Assembly: GCA_045545295.1 (NCBI GenBank)
Contig: JAZQAO010000054.1
Span: forward strand, 20,826-84,825
DNA: 64,000 nt
Reading direction: 5' to 3'
DNA from: Clostridia bacterium
GTDB lineage: Bacteria > Bacillota > Clostridia > UMGS1883
How positions within the stretch are numbered: the stretch's first letter is position 1; every line of letters begins with the position of its first letter. The translations under genes were made by a program, and so were the position numbers. Under the pieces are notes generated by a model, which saw only the letters and a program-made list of their open reading frames with translations, had not been told where the DNA came from and ran no database searches. Of this stretch, positions 10,151 to 20,703 are shown piece after piece.

Positions 10151-12877
10151 TTATTTAAGAACTAATACACAGTCATTGATGTAGCCTGAGTATCTGTAAA
10201 TGTACATTGTTACACCATTATCAGTGAATGTGTAATCACCGTTTTCATCAAGTGATGCACTTACGGGAACATCATCGTATGTGCCCTGTCTTACCTCATG
10301 ATTTACATAGTCGATAATAACAGGCTTGGGACCGTTTGCGATTGCGTGTGATCTTACAGTTGCACCACGGTCTGTTGAAAGAACTACAGCAATGTTGTTT
10401 CTTGCATAAACATGGCCATAGAAATAGCCCTCACCTGTATCTTCGTTACCTGTTATTGACTGGAAAGGTGCTGAATCACTGGTTCTTACACGCAAGTTCA
10501 AATCAACGATATTGAAGTTTTCGTCAACCTTGATAGCTACGATATCACCAAACTTCAGTCCGCCGGGAACTACAGAATCAATAATTCCGGGGTGTTCTTC
10601 ACGGAATGTATATTCCTCGTCTTTATATCTGCCGGTTACCATATAGATATCTTCACCGTCTGCATTTACGCCCTTAACGCTCTTTATAACAGTCATAGCC
10701 TTGGGAAGGAAGCCTGTACCCTTCTGTGATACAACTTCAACTGCGCCTACTGTCCAGTACTGGTCTGCATCATACGCTCTTGCATTTGATCTTCTTGCAA
10801 GATCGTAAAGCTTTTCATGGGGAATTACCTTAATGTACTTTTCATCAAAATCAGCATCTGTTGGAACAAGGAAAATTGTTGTGTTCGCATCCATATTATA
10901 TTTACCGCTGAAAGAATTACGTTTTGCGTTATAATACTCGGAATAGCTTCCTGAGGGTGTCTTATATACAAGACAGAATCTTGTGGGGTCAAAACCTGTT
11001 GTCTTTGTACAGATTTCAGCATCTGTTGTGGTTTCGATTTCCTTAAGCTCACCGATTGCACTTAATTTAACCTTTACAACCTGTCTTCTGAAATCACCTG
11101 AAGTATTGCCGTCAACATAAAGGTCTGTTTCTGAAAGAATATCTGCACCGTTTTCTGTTGTAACACCGTTGATTTTAATTTTCTTTGCAGTTGCGATTGT
11201 AGCAATGTCGCCTGTGTTAAGGCACATTTTTACAAGGCACTTGCTTGCAAGCTTGGAGGTTGTGTCCTTACCTGCTTTAAGGAAATATGCGTACTGATAT
11301 TGGTCGTTATAATTTTCAATACCTGCAATTTTGCCCTGATAATCAAGACGGAGTGTAACCTCTGAACCAAGTACAGGCTTAACAAACCCATCTACACCGT
11401 TTTCATTATTTTCAAGGAATGTTGCACTGTATTCGTAAGGAGTGTCAACCTCTACCCCTTCAACCATGTGAGTAACAGTGATGATTTCCTTACCGTCTTC
11501 ATCTGTTTCAATAGCCTTTACTTTACAGTCAACCTTATCTTCTGTAACGATTATTTTAACTCTTGCATCATCCTTACTTGCAAAAACAGAAAGCACGCTG
11601 TTTGCTTTAAGAAGCGAAATAGCCTTTGTTTCACCGTTTGTTGTGAAGAATTCAAACTTTTTATAATCACCGTACTTGATTTCATTGCCGTTTTTGTCTG
11701 CAATAATCTGGTTTACCTGGTTATTTGTAAGGAGTAGGAAGTTTTCAAATTCTTCTGCAATAACTACATCATAGCTCTTGTCAAAATTCACATCAACAAA
11801 TGTAAGAGTACCTGATTTAATCTTAAGGTCATTTACCATAAATGCAGGATAGCTGCTTCCGTTATAGATAAAATCAGCATAGGGGCTTACCTCTACATTA
11901 ACTGTTTTGTTGCCGTTATTGTACACAACATTTTTCTTTGTAAACTTTGCTGAATCTGTCTGAAGGTCTTCTGCCTTTACAGTAAGAATAGTGTTTTTCT
12001 TCACGTCTTCTTCAATATAAACGAGCTTTTCCTCGTCTGTATTGTAATATGCGATTACGTTGTAACCAAGAAGTCCGTCAGTAACAACGCTGTCATTTTT
12101 GAGTTTAAGCTCACCAACTATAACATTATTTCCGGGAGCCTGTGACTCACCCTTAATATTTGTAAGACCGTCATCCTTTAACTGTGCCTCAATCTTTGTG
12201 ATGTTGTGATAAACCTCAAGAACTGTTTTTCCTTCTGATACAGAGAAAATCACATCTTCTGATTCAACACCGATTACCTGCATAATATCTGTTTCGCAGG
12301 CTTTTGTCATAAGCTCTACTACATCATAACGTGTTAACGCACTGTCTCTTCCTGCGCCTGTTGTAAGGTCAAGCTGAAGTGCTACAGAATAGAATCCGTC
12401 GGGATATCCGCCCTTTGAATTTGCAATACCGTCATAGCCGAGAGCAGTTACAACAGCCTTTGCAGCCTGATTGAATGTAATTTCTTCTTCAGGTCTGAAC
12501 TTATTATCGGAGCCAACCATAAGATTAGCCACGCCTACTGCATAGATAGAGTCAACATACTGTGTTTCTGCATTAACATCAGTATAAGTAAGCGGAATAT
12601 TTGCCGCTTTGTCAAGATTACAAAGTCCTGCAAGAGCAGTTGCAAACTCCGCTCTTGTAACTTTGTTTACAGGGTCTGTACCTGTTGATGTCCAGATTCC
12701 CACTGCTTTAAGAAAAGCAAGGTCTTTGTTGTATTTTTCAATCTGCGCTTCTGTATAAGTCACCGCAACTGCAGGAGCCTCTGTCTCCTCTGCCGCAAAT
12801 ACAGCAAATGAAGCAGACATTATGAAAATTACCATAACAAGTGAAATGCATTTTTTAAGCATATTCTTCATTTTCAT
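10151..12877 (-). CDS. Secreted cell-surface protein with N-terminal SLH domains
   Basis: Signal peptide; SLH-like segments (LAFLKAVGI...TRAEFATALAGL; YTDVNAETQYVDSIYAVGVANLMVGSDNKFRPEEEITFNQAAKAV); AGGAG RBS. Confidence 0.8.
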   Translation of the reverse strand: MKMKNMLKKCISLVMVIFIMSASFAVFAAEETEAPAVAVTYTEAQIEKYNKDLAFLKAVGIWTSTGTDPVNKVTRAEFATALAGLCNLDKAANIPLTYTDVNAETQYVDSIYAVGVANLMVGSDNKFRPEEEITFNQAAKAVVTALGYDGIANSKGGYPDGFYSVALQLDLTTGAGRDSALTRYDVVELMTKACETDIMQVIGVESEDVIFSVSEGKTVLEVYHNITKIEAQLKDDGLTNIKGESQAPGNNVIVGELKLKNDSVVTDGLLGYNVIAYYNTDEEKLVYIEEDVKKNTILTVKAEDLQTDSAKFTKKNVVYNNGNKTVNVEVSPYADFIYNGSSYPAFMVNDLKIKSGTLTFVDVNFDKSYDVVIAEEFENFLLLTNNQVNQIIADKNGNEIKYGDYKKFEFFTTNGETKAISLLKANSVLSVFASKDDARVKIIVTEDKVDCKVKAIETDEDGKEIITVTHMVEGVEVDTPYEYSATFLENNENGVDGFVKPVLGSEVTLRLDYQGKIAGIENYNDQYQYAYFLKAGKDTTSKLASKCLVKMCLNTGDIATIATAKKIKINGVTTENGADILSETDLYVDGNTSGDFRRQVVKVKLSAIGELKEIETTTDAEICTKTTGFDPTRFCLVYKTPSGSYSEYYNAKRNSFSGKYNMDANTTIFLVPTDADFDEKYIKVIPHEKLYDLARRSNARAYDADQYWTVGAVEVVSQKGTGFLPKAMTVIKSVKGVNADGEDIYMVTGRYKDEEYTFREEHPGIIDSVVPGGLKFGDIVAIKVDENFNIVDLNLRVRTSDSAPFQSITGNEDTGEGYFYGHVYARNNIAVVLSTDRGATVRSHAIANGPKPVIIDYVNHEVRQGTYDDVPVSASLDENGDYTFTDNGVTMYIYRYSGYINDCVLVLK

Positions 12878-12888
12878 GTTCTCCTTTC

Positions 12889-14598
12889 TTATCGGCTTAA
12901 AGCGCCGTAGATTAACTTAGCCGCCTGTGCACGTGTAAGCTTACCTGTAGGCTGGAACTGGGTTTCTGTCATACCGTTGATTACGCCTGCAGATGCAAGT
13001 GCATCAACGCTTTCCTTTGCATATTCTGCAATTTCGCCTGAATCGCTGAAGTTCTTTGCCTCACCGTTTTCAAGAGTGATACCCTTAAAATCAAGCACTC
13101 TCTTAAGCATTACTGCCGCATCCTGTCTTGTAATAGGCTGACCTACACCAAAAGTGAAGTTATCCTGACCTTTTACAATTCCTTTAACCTGTGCACTCGC
13201 AACATAAATATTTGCCCAGTGTCCTAAGAGGTCTGTGAAAATAGTAAGTGCTGTTTCATCATACATATCGAAAGCCATTACATACATCTTTACAAATGCT
13301 TCTCTTGTAACGTAGCTGTCAGGATCAAAGGTATTAAGTGCAATACCGTCGATTACACCAAGACTGTGAAGCTCGTTTACAGCCTCAAATGCCCAGTGGT
13401 CTACAGGAACGTCATTAAACATACTTGTTGAAGGAAGTGTAGGAAGAACTTCAAGGCTTTCATTTTTATTAAGAAGGTCTGAATCAACTATAACTTCCTT
13501 ATCGGGATTTTTCGCGGGGCCGCTGAATCCGCCACCGCCGCCACCGCCGCCACCGCCGGAGGGCTTTGAGTTTTCTTCATTATAGGAAACAACATCTTCA
13601 AACGCCTTTACAACTTCACCTGCAAGCACGAAATCCTGACCTACAAAGGCTTTGTTGATTTCACCTGCCCCGTATTTGTCGCAAGCATCTTCGTAATCCT
13701 GAAGAGTAATGCCGAAGTATTCGATGTACTTTTCAACAGTAGGACCGTTCTTTGTAGCATCAAGCTTATTAAGATTAGCTATTGCAATACTCTGGAAAAG
13801 GTCATTCTTTACATCAGTAATTGTTTCGGGAGCCTCGTTCTTTGCGTTAGCATAGAAAAGCTCATAAACTACATCTTTATTATCACTGTAGTCTCTGTCC
13901 TCTTTATCAAGTGTAAGAAGTGTGCTTTCATCCTCGCAAAGTGTCACGCACTCTTCATCGGTTGTTGTAGCGTTGATATCACGGATAAGCTGTACACCCG
14001 AAAGGATGTTTACTACAGTACCCATATCATTACATTCGTTATTGTAATCTGCTTCACGGATGTTAAGGAAAAGGTCACAGATTACATCTGTATTTTCTGC
14101 AAAATCTGTTTTGTCGATTGAAAGCATATCTGCCTTTTCAGAAAGAAGTGTTTCAATTTCTGCACGGTCTGCAGTTTCAATTGCCGGAAGTGTAACCTCT
14201 TCTATATAAGTCTGGCTTTCAAAGTAGATTTCTGTTGTATCCTTTGAAACAGCCGCTTTTGTACCGTTACCGGATGCAGCGATTACAAGGTAACCTGCCG
14301 GGTCATCTTCTGCAAGCTGAATTTCTGTTTCCACAAATCCGCTGCCGTCTGTTTTAACTTCAAGTGCACGTACGAAATCAGCAGGTGAAGATACCGTAGT
14401 TTCTTTTTCGTACATTACTATTGAAATTTTCTGCACATATTTTGCAGGTGTTGTAACCTGTATTGTAACTACAGATGTGTCGTAGTTTACAGATGCAGTT
14501 ACATCAAACTCTGTTTCTGCCGATACACTAAAGCACATAAGTGAAAGTGTCATAGTGCATACAACAATCATACAGAGGATTTTTTTAATATTCTTCAT
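12889..14598 (-). CDS. Secreted protein with poly-Gly linker and three C-terminal SLH domains (S-layer anchored)
   Basis: FNDVPVDHWAFEAVNELHSLGVIDGI...TREAFVKM and two further SLH copies. G10 linker. Start moved to ATG 14598 (AGAGGAG RBS) rather than the ORF-track Met at 14616, which lies inside that RBS. Confidence 0.8.
   Translation of the reverse strand: MKNIKKILCMIVVCTMTLSLMCFSVSAETEFDVTASVNYDTSVVTIQVTTPAKYVQKISIVMYEKETTVSSPADFVRALEVKTDGSGFVETEIQLAEDDPAGYLVIAASGNGTKAAVSKDTTEIYFESQTYIEEVTLPAIETADRAEIETLLSEKADMLSIDKTDFAENTDVICDLFLNIREADYNNECNDMGTVVNILSGVQLIRDINATTTDEECVTLCEDESTLLTLDKEDRDYSDNKDVVYELFYANAKNEAPETITDVKNDLFQSIAIANLNKLDATKNGPTVEKYIEYFGITLQDYEDACDKYGAGEINKAFVGQDFVLAGEVVKAFEDVVSYNEENSKPSGGGGGGGGGGFSGPAKNPDKEVIVDSDLLNKNESLEVLPTLPSTSMFNDVPVDHWAFEAVNELHSLGVIDGIALNTFDPDSYVTREAFVKMYVMAFDMYDETALTIFTDLLGHWANIYVASAQVKGIVKGQDNFTFGVGQPITRQDAAVMLKRVLDFKGITLENGEAKNFSDSGEIAEYAKESVDALASAGVINGMTETQFQPTGKLTRAQAAKLIYGALSR
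13527..13560 (-). repeat. (GGC/GGT)n simple repeat encoding a Gly10 linker
   Basis: gccaccgccgccaccgccgccaccgcc seen directly; translates to GGGGGGGGGG in the SLH protein. Confidence 0.8.
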
Positions 14599-14617
14599 AT
14601 CTGTAACTCCTCTCAAA

Positions 14618-17518
14618 TCACTTAACTTCCTTTACGAATACATCACGGATATACGCCTTTGACTGTACACCGCTTAACTTGAAGTCTGCACCAAGCTGGA
14701 ACATATTTTCAAGATTCATGTTTTTAAGATTAACCTTTACAGTCTTCCACTTACCGGTGTTATTACGCTGTATATATTCGACTCTGGGACGAAGCTTTCC
14801 GATACCTTCATAATAGTAGTCGGGGTGATTTTTCTCACGTTTAGCATAGGTGCTGATATTTTCCCATTCAAAGTAATCAATCTTTATGGGGAAATATGTA
14901 TTATCAAGATAAGTAATCTCGATTTCAACGTCGGTCTGTTCTTCTTCAAGGTAGTCAGGCTTAACCTTTACTTCCATAAAGTTGTTCTTGGGAATTTCAT
15001 AGTATGTACCCTTGTCATCCTTATGCTCGAGCATAAAGTGGTCTTCACCCTCGTAGCTGTATGTAGAACAAGCTTCGTTAAGGTCTATCTGACTGCCGGG
15101 AGTGGGATTTTCTGTAATGTCGCCTACGTAAGCCCAGCCGACTTCAACAGTCTTATAATCTTCACTCCAGAGACCGAAGAACGCAGTCTTTGCATCCCAG
15201 CTGAACTGCGGATGTGAATGTCCGGGGTTATTACCCTTTGTATGGTTTACAATAACTTTTGACCAGCCTGCCTCGGTATCCATAAGTACAAGCTTTGTAA
15301 AACCGTTTGCACTGTCGATACCAACGTCGGAAATAAGCCAGCGGTTGGAGTTAAGTGCAGTTGCACAGTGTGAGTAGTTGTGGTCACCGTTTACAAGGTA
15401 ACGGTCTTTTCCGTCCCAACGTGCAAAATAGATGCCTTCTTCTGCCGGCGTTTCTGTTTCTGCACCCCAGTTATAACGGATTTCATCGTGATGGGAGTCA
15501 CCTCTTACAGTAAGAAGATACTCACCGTCTGCAAGCCAGTATTCGTGAACACCTGTTTCACCTGTTCTTTCTGGTGAATACTTTTTCTGAGGGAAGCCTA
15601 CCCATCTTTCACCTGTGTCAATATCCATAACCCATGTTCTGTCATTTACATGTGCACCCTCGTGACAATAGAACACAAGATTTTTCTTTACGGGATTCTG
15701 ACAAAGATGTCCGGGATAAGTATAATCTGTTACAAAATCCTTTGAAAAATCAGGTATGAAAATATTTTTCCAGATGTTATTTTCGATATCGTACTGATGT
15801 ATTGAACCGCCCTGATCTCTCATTTCCCAATAACGGGCATCACGTACACCAATTGTAAGTGCCGTTTCATAAAAGTCAACCTGAAGCATTACACCTGTTG
15901 AAAGAGATATATCCTGATAAGCATCGGGAAGGTGTACTACAACAGTTTCTTCATAAGTGTCAAGGTTTATCTTGCAGATTCTTGAATATTTGTCAAGATA
16001 CCACAGATTGTTTTTCTTTGTAAGACAGAAGAAATGCTCAATACCGGGTCTACCACTGCACATATACTTAACCATATAGGTTTTCATATTATATTCGTAT
16101 ATGTTGGAATTCTTGTCACGGAAATAGAATCTGGTATCGTCTGTGGATGTCATAGGCATCGTATAGTAGTTTTTGATTGCATTTTCACCAAGAAGGTTGA
16201 TTGTGTAATAAGTTCTTCCTGTTTCGGGGTCATAGTGTTCTTCCGGGGGCATATAGAATTCACCCATCAGAAGCCAGTTGATAAGACTTGAATCGCCCGT
16301 TGCTCTGAAAGTATCAACTGTTACTCTGCCTGAATTGTAAAGGTCTGAAAGATAACACTTTTCTGTCTTTAAATTCTTCAAAGGAAGCATATTGTTTGCA
16401 AATGCAACAAGGTTATCCATAAGAACGGTCTTTGTAGGCTGGAATACCATGTTACCTGAATTGATAAGCTTAAGACCTGCTACAACAGAAAGAGGATTTG
16501 TCTTTAAATCTTCCCCTTCATAGCCCATAAAGTTTGCATACCACTCACAAAGCTCACTCTGCGGTAAAGGCTCCTTCGCACCGAGAGTCCCTGTGGTATT
16601 CTTTACGATACCGAGGCTTTCCGCCATACCGACATAAGGTTTGAAGTCTGCAGATACATCGACGAAGGAACAAGGAAGGTTCTGCTTCTCTGCCTCTTCC
16701 TTAAGACCTGCAAACTGAATCATATACTTAAGTGTTTCTTCTCTTGTAAGCTCTTTTCCGAGAATAGCATCTGCATTGTCTGCATTGTACTCATCGAAAA
16801 GGCCCATTACATTAAGAGAGTTTGCCGACTTCGAGTTAAAGAGGTCAAATGTTTCCTCTCCGGCATTACGGCTGAGGTTTGTAACCTCAATCTTTGAAAA
16901 CAAGTTATAACCGCCTGTTACAATACGCATATCGCCGCCGTATTCCATTGCCTGACGGAAAGATGCGTCAGAAATGTAGAATGTACATTCCCACCACTTT
17001 GCCTTTTCATATCGCTCTTCATCGGTACCACCCTTAGGGTCACCCATTTTAAGAACGGAGATACGACCATAGGTGTCGGTCGTACCGGGAATGGTGTAGT
17101 CAAAATGGATATAACCTGCACCACCGAAGTCGTAATAGTTGAATGTAATTTTGAAAGTTGTATCTTCAGGAGATGCGAAAGACGGGTCAAACTTCAGATA
17201 CATAATGTTCTGATAATAAACCTTTCTTCCGACGATACCCTTAAGCTCAACCTTTTCGTTATATGTAACGTCTTCCAGTACAGTCTTACCGAAACCATCT
17301 TCGAAAGTCATATGATTCTCTTCTGCGGTATCGGTGAATATGATATACGCATTATCCTTATCAACAGGCGTCGTCGCCTTGATTTCAGTCTGGGGCATAA
17401 TTACGGGATTCTGCCTGACTTCAATCTCTAATGCCAAAGCATTGATGCCGCCCATAAGAACAAGCATCGCAAACAGAGTGACTGCGCATACCAAACCTTT
17501 CTTAAATATTTTTTTCAT
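14618..17518 (-). CDS. Secreted surface protein with PL22 oligogalacturonate-lyase-like beta-propeller domain and C-terminal shared module
   Basis: Signal peptide; VFYCHEGAHVNDRTWVMD, VHEYW, NNPGHSHPQF motifs paralogous to the 1765-aa protein; GGGGGA RBS. Confidence 0.8.
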   Translation of the reverse strand: MKKIFKKGLVCAVTLFAMLVLMGGINALALEIEVRQNPVIMPQTEIKATTPVDKDNAYIIFTDTAEENHMTFEDGFGKTVLEDVTYNEKVELKGIVGRKVYYQNIMYLKFDPSFASPEDTTFKITFNYYDFGGAGYIHFDYTIPGTTDTYGRISVLKMGDPKGGTDEERYEKAKWWECTFYISDASFRQAMEYGGDMRIVTGGYNLFSKIEVTNLSRNAGEETFDLFNSKSANSLNVMGLFDEYNADNADAILGKELTREETLKYMIQFAGLKEEAEKQNLPCSFVDVSADFKPYVGMAESLGIVKNTTGTLGAKEPLPQSELCEWYANFMGYEGEDLKTNPLSVVAGLKLINSGNMVFQPTKTVLMDNLVAFANNMLPLKNLKTEKCYLSDLYNSGRVTVDTFRATGDSSLINWLLMGEFYMPPEEHYDPETGRTYYTINLLGENAIKNYYTMPMTSTDDTRFYFRDKNSNIYEYNMKTYMVKYMCSGRPGIEHFFCLTKKNNLWYLDKYSRICKINLDTYEETVVVHLPDAYQDISLSTGVMLQVDFYETALTIGVRDARYWEMRDQGGSIHQYDIENNIWKNIFIPDFSKDFVTDYTYPGHLCQNPVKKNLVFYCHEGAHVNDRTWVMDIDTGERWVGFPQKKYSPERTGETGVHEYWLADGEYLLTVRGDSHHDEIRYNWGAETETPAEEGIYFARWDGKDRYLVNGDHNYSHCATALNSNRWLISDVGIDSANGFTKLVLMDTEAGWSKVIVNHTKGNNPGHSHPQFSWDAKTAFFGLWSEDYKTVEVGWAYVGDITENPTPGSQIDLNEACSTYSYEGEDHFMLEHKDDKGTYYEIPKNNFMEVKVKPDYLEEEQTDVEIEITYLDNTYFPIKIDYFEWENISTYAKREKNHPDYYYEGIGKLRPRVEYIQRNNTGKWKTVKVNLKNMNLENMFQLGADFKLSGVQSKAYIRDVFVKEVK

Positions 17519-17532
17519 ATTTATCCCCCTTG

Positions 17533-19161
17533 TTATCTTGCGTCATATACGCGGATTGACTTAACACGGAAGTTTTCTCCTGTTGTTGTATTAATAGTCA
17601 AATCGTCTGTAGACACGGGAAGGTTATTACCAATAGCGAATTTTGCATTATCAATCTCTACAACTGCTTTTTTCCATTCGCCACTGTTTGTAAGTGTAAC
17701 AAGCTTGCAATCGTAACCTGACGCAGTCTTGTACATAATTGTAGCCTCACCCACACCCTCGTCAAGATACTCAATTTCAACATTTACTCTTCCGACACCG
17801 TTAAGGCGTGTGTCTGTTACGTCAAAATCAAGTGATTCGGAAGGATCAATTTCGATACAGTTAACACCGTCAACCTCTGTTGCTTCTGCCTTATCCATAT
17901 AGAAGATAACGTCACGGATTTCGGGAACGTCCTTTACACGAAGGCCTGCGGGGTCACCATCGTAGTCGCTTCTTTTTGCAACTGCAATGTCAGATACGTG
18001 AAGACCTGATGTTCCCTGCCAGAAACGGAAGTTACCCTGACCTGTACCATTATCCATGTAGTAGTGGAAATTAGCATTATTTACCCTAACGCTTGCAGTC
18101 TTCCACATCTGTGTTCCTGTTTTTTTCAAACTTACTGTAGTAGATTTAAGTGTGGTAGCTGTTGAAGCGTTATTTGTATATGTAAGGTTGATTTCCTGTG
18201 TATCATCGTCAAAATAAGTAAATTCCATAATTATGTCCTTATCATCAGCACTGATACGAGAAGGATCCACCTTAGCAGTAAATCTGCCTGACATCTTATC
18301 AGCACGGTTAGGTGCTGTAACTGCCGCACGGCACACTCTTCCGCCTGCTTCTGCTACTTCAGTCCAGCCGAGAGTTCCTCCATTTGCAGGAGTGGGACCT
18401 GTTTTATCATCACGTTTTACATTAACCCAAAGCCACAAACCATCTTCTTCAATTTCTGTTGTGTTTGTGGGGTCATCAGTTGTCATCTTGATATTCATAA
18501 CGTTTGCACTCTTTACATCTAATTCAGAAACTGCAGAAACAAGACCGCTTCCATCAACTGCTTCTACCTCGTAGTGATGCATAGAGTCCTTATCAAGATA
18601 CTTTTCCGTGAATGTTGTTTCATCAACAGCTTCTGCAATAAGTATACCGTCGCTGTAAACGTTGTAGTATGCTACATCGTCAAAATCGTCATACGCCTCA
18701 TCCCATGAAAGTTCAATTGCTGAAGGCATATTGTTGCTGTCATAAAGATTCTGGGGCTTTGCAGGCTCCATATTGTCAAGAGGTGTACATAATGTTACAC
18801 CGTCCCAAAGGAACACCTTGTATTCTTCTGTTGAAAGGCTGTTAACATTAACACCTGCTTTAAGAGTATCACTTACAAGCTCACCTGAAAGTGTTACTGA
18901 CTGTGAATCAGTTGCCTTAATCTTACCTGTTTCCTTATCGCAGAGCATAACGATAAGCATTACAGTCTGCGGTGAGGTACCGTTAAGATTTGCTGTTACC
19001 TGTGTGTACACAAGACCTGTCTGAACTTTGGGAATTTCACTCTCTCCTGCGTCCAGATACTTAAAATCTGTGAACTCCACTTTTGCGGCAGATGCCATTG
19101 CTATTGGTGCAAAGGAAAGCACCATTGCAAGAACTACCACTGTTGCCAATAGTTTTTTCAT
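17533..19161 (-). CDS. Secreted protein: Ig-like/FN3 domains plus two tandem copies of the shared C-terminal module
   Basis: Signal peptide MKKLLATVVVLAMVLSFAPIAMASA; FN3-like segment; two module copies (MEFTYFDDDTQEINLTY...WKTASVRV and VEIEYLDEGVGEATIMY...WKKAVVEI); GGAGGAG RBS. Confidence 0.75.
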   Translation of the reverse strand: MKKLLATVVVLAMVLSFAPIAMASAAKVEFTDFKYLDAGESEIPKVQTGLVYTQVTANLNGTSPQTVMLIVMLCDKETGKIKATDSQSVTLSGELVSDTLKAGVNVNSLSTEEYKVFLWDGVTLCTPLDNMEPAKPQNLYDSNNMPSAIELSWDEAYDDFDDVAYYNVYSDGILIAEAVDETTFTEKYLDKDSMHHYEVEAVDGSGLVSAVSELDVKSANVMNIKMTTDDPTNTTEIEEDGLWLWVNVKRDDKTGPTPANGGTLGWTEVAEAGGRVCRAAVTAPNRADKMSGRFTAKVDPSRISADDKDIIMEFTYFDDDTQEINLTYTNNASTATTLKSTTVSLKKTGTQMWKTASVRVNNANFHYYMDNGTGQGNFRFWQGTSGLHVSDIAVAKRSDYDGDPAGLRVKDVPEIRDVIFYMDKAEATEVDGVNCIEIDPSESLDFDVTDTRLNGVGRVNVEIEYLDEGVGEATIMYKTASGYDCKLVTLTNSGEWKKAVVEIDNAKFAIGNNLPVSTDDLTINTTTGENFRVKSIRVYDAR

Positions 19162-19497
19162 AAAAACTCCTCCTTAGAAAAAATGTATGATTAATAAAAT
19201 TATTTGCTTTTTCACAAGAACGGGTGTTTTTCTGAAATTCTGTATTTTACAGAAAAGCTCCCAAAAAAATCACCCAATCTTACCATTTTGTATTATATAT
19301 TATACAATAAAACAAAAAACTCCGCAATACACAATATTAATATTTTTGTGCTCAATATTAATATTTGGTTGATTTTTTAATTTTTTTGTTGTATTATATA
19401 AGCATAGTCTGGAAACGATGGAAATTATTATTAATAAAGGTGTTTAAAGACTTTTTCAATCGGTCTCAAACGCTTTGTTTTTACGGAGGCAGGATAT

Positions 19498-20703
19498 ATG
19501 CACGAACTTACGATTATAGACGACGACAGACAATTTTTAAACAATTTTTCTGTTTTCTTAAAAAAGAATATCAGTTCACAAATTAAATCCACTCTAATTA
19601 TGGAAACGGATTCGGCACTGATGCACCTTCGTATCCATTATCCCGATGTTATTATAATAAATGCAAGGTTTAACGGAGAAAGCGGACTTGACATAATCCG
19701 AAGCTGCAAAAAAACAAATAATACTTCAAAATTCATAGTCATAAGCGATGAAAAAGACTTTGAAGTGTTGCAGGAAGCCTTACGCCTTGGTGTATACGAT
19801 TTTTTCTTAAAACCTGTTGATTATTCCGTTCTGCTTGAATCTGCAAATAAGATTTTTTCAACTTTAGATAAAGAAACACCCAAGCATTCCGAAAATGACG
19901 TAAGACCTGTGAAAGACAGAATGTTTTCAGACCTTCTTGCAGGACGCATAAAAAATCCTGTTGACCTATCTCTCCGTCTTGCGGAATCTGAACTGAAATC
20001 CGACTACATAAATCGTCCGTGTGCCCTTGTAAACATACATATAAACAGCTTTTCAAGATGGCTTACAATGTGTTGGGATGAAGGTGCAGAAAGATTTTAC
20101 CGTGAAGTGAGCAATGCACTTGCAGGTATCAGCAAAAAGGCTGAGTTTGTTATTGCAAGAACGTTTTACAGCAACATTGAGTTACTTTGCATAAACAATT
20201 CCCAAATGTCTACCGAGGAACTTCTTGAAGAATGTATTCCGTTATTTTCAAAAATCATTCTTGACAAATTGGGAGTTTATTCAGAAATTCATGTAACAAA
20301 AATTTTCTCTTCCCTCTCAGAAATTATGAAATACAATCTGCAGGAACCTATCAATAATGATAACAAGTCAGAAGAAGTTATTGAAAAAGCCCTAAAATAT
20401 ATGCGGCACAACTATTTCCGTGAGTTTACACTTGATGATGTTGCAGATTATGTTAAACTTTCAAAAGAATATTTCTGCTCATACTACAAGAAAAAAACGG
20501 GGGAAAACTTTCTCGACTCACTTACCCGTCATCGCATAGAAATGTCTAAAAAGCTTCTCGCAAATACTACACTGACAATCAATCAGGTAGCGGAAAGTGT
20601 TGGCTATCGAAGTGCATCATATTATCATAAAACCTTCAAACTCTCATGCGGAATGTCACCATCTGATTTTCGTAAAAAAGCTACTGCTGCAAAAGCAGAA
20701 TAA
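19498..20703 (+). CDS. Response-regulator-like AraC-family transcription factor with Asp-less (Asn) receiver domain
   Basis: N-terminal CheY-like fold aligns (DD at 9-10, Ser ~87, Lys in FFLKP) but phospho-acceptor position is Asn55 (VIIINARFNGESG); C-terminal AraC HTH (LTINQVAESVGYRSASYYHKTFK). Confidence 0.8.
   Translation: MHELTIIDDDRQFLNNFSVFLKKNISSQIKSTLIMETDSALMHLRIHYPDVIIINARFNGESGLDIIRSCKKTNNTSKFIVISDEKDFEVLQEALRLGVYDFFLKPVDYSVLLESANKIFSTLDKETPKHSENDVRPVKDRMFSDLLAGRIKNPVDLSLRLAESELKSDYINRPCALVNIHINSFSRWLTMCWDEGAERFYREVSNALAGISKKAEFVIARTFYSNIELLCINNSQMSTEELLEECIPLFSKIILDKLGVYSEIHVTKIFSSLSEIMKYNLQEPINNDNKSEEVIEKALKYMRHNYFREFTLDDVADYVKLSKEYFCSYYKKKTGENFLDSLTRHRIEMSKKLLANTTLTINQVAESVGYRSASYYHKTFKLSCGMSPSDFRKKATAAKAE

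Noticed and set aside
14599-14616. ATG at 14616 as start of the SLH protein
   Set aside because: The first 6 codons encode the AGAGGAG RBS for the ATG at 14598; no RBS precedes 14616
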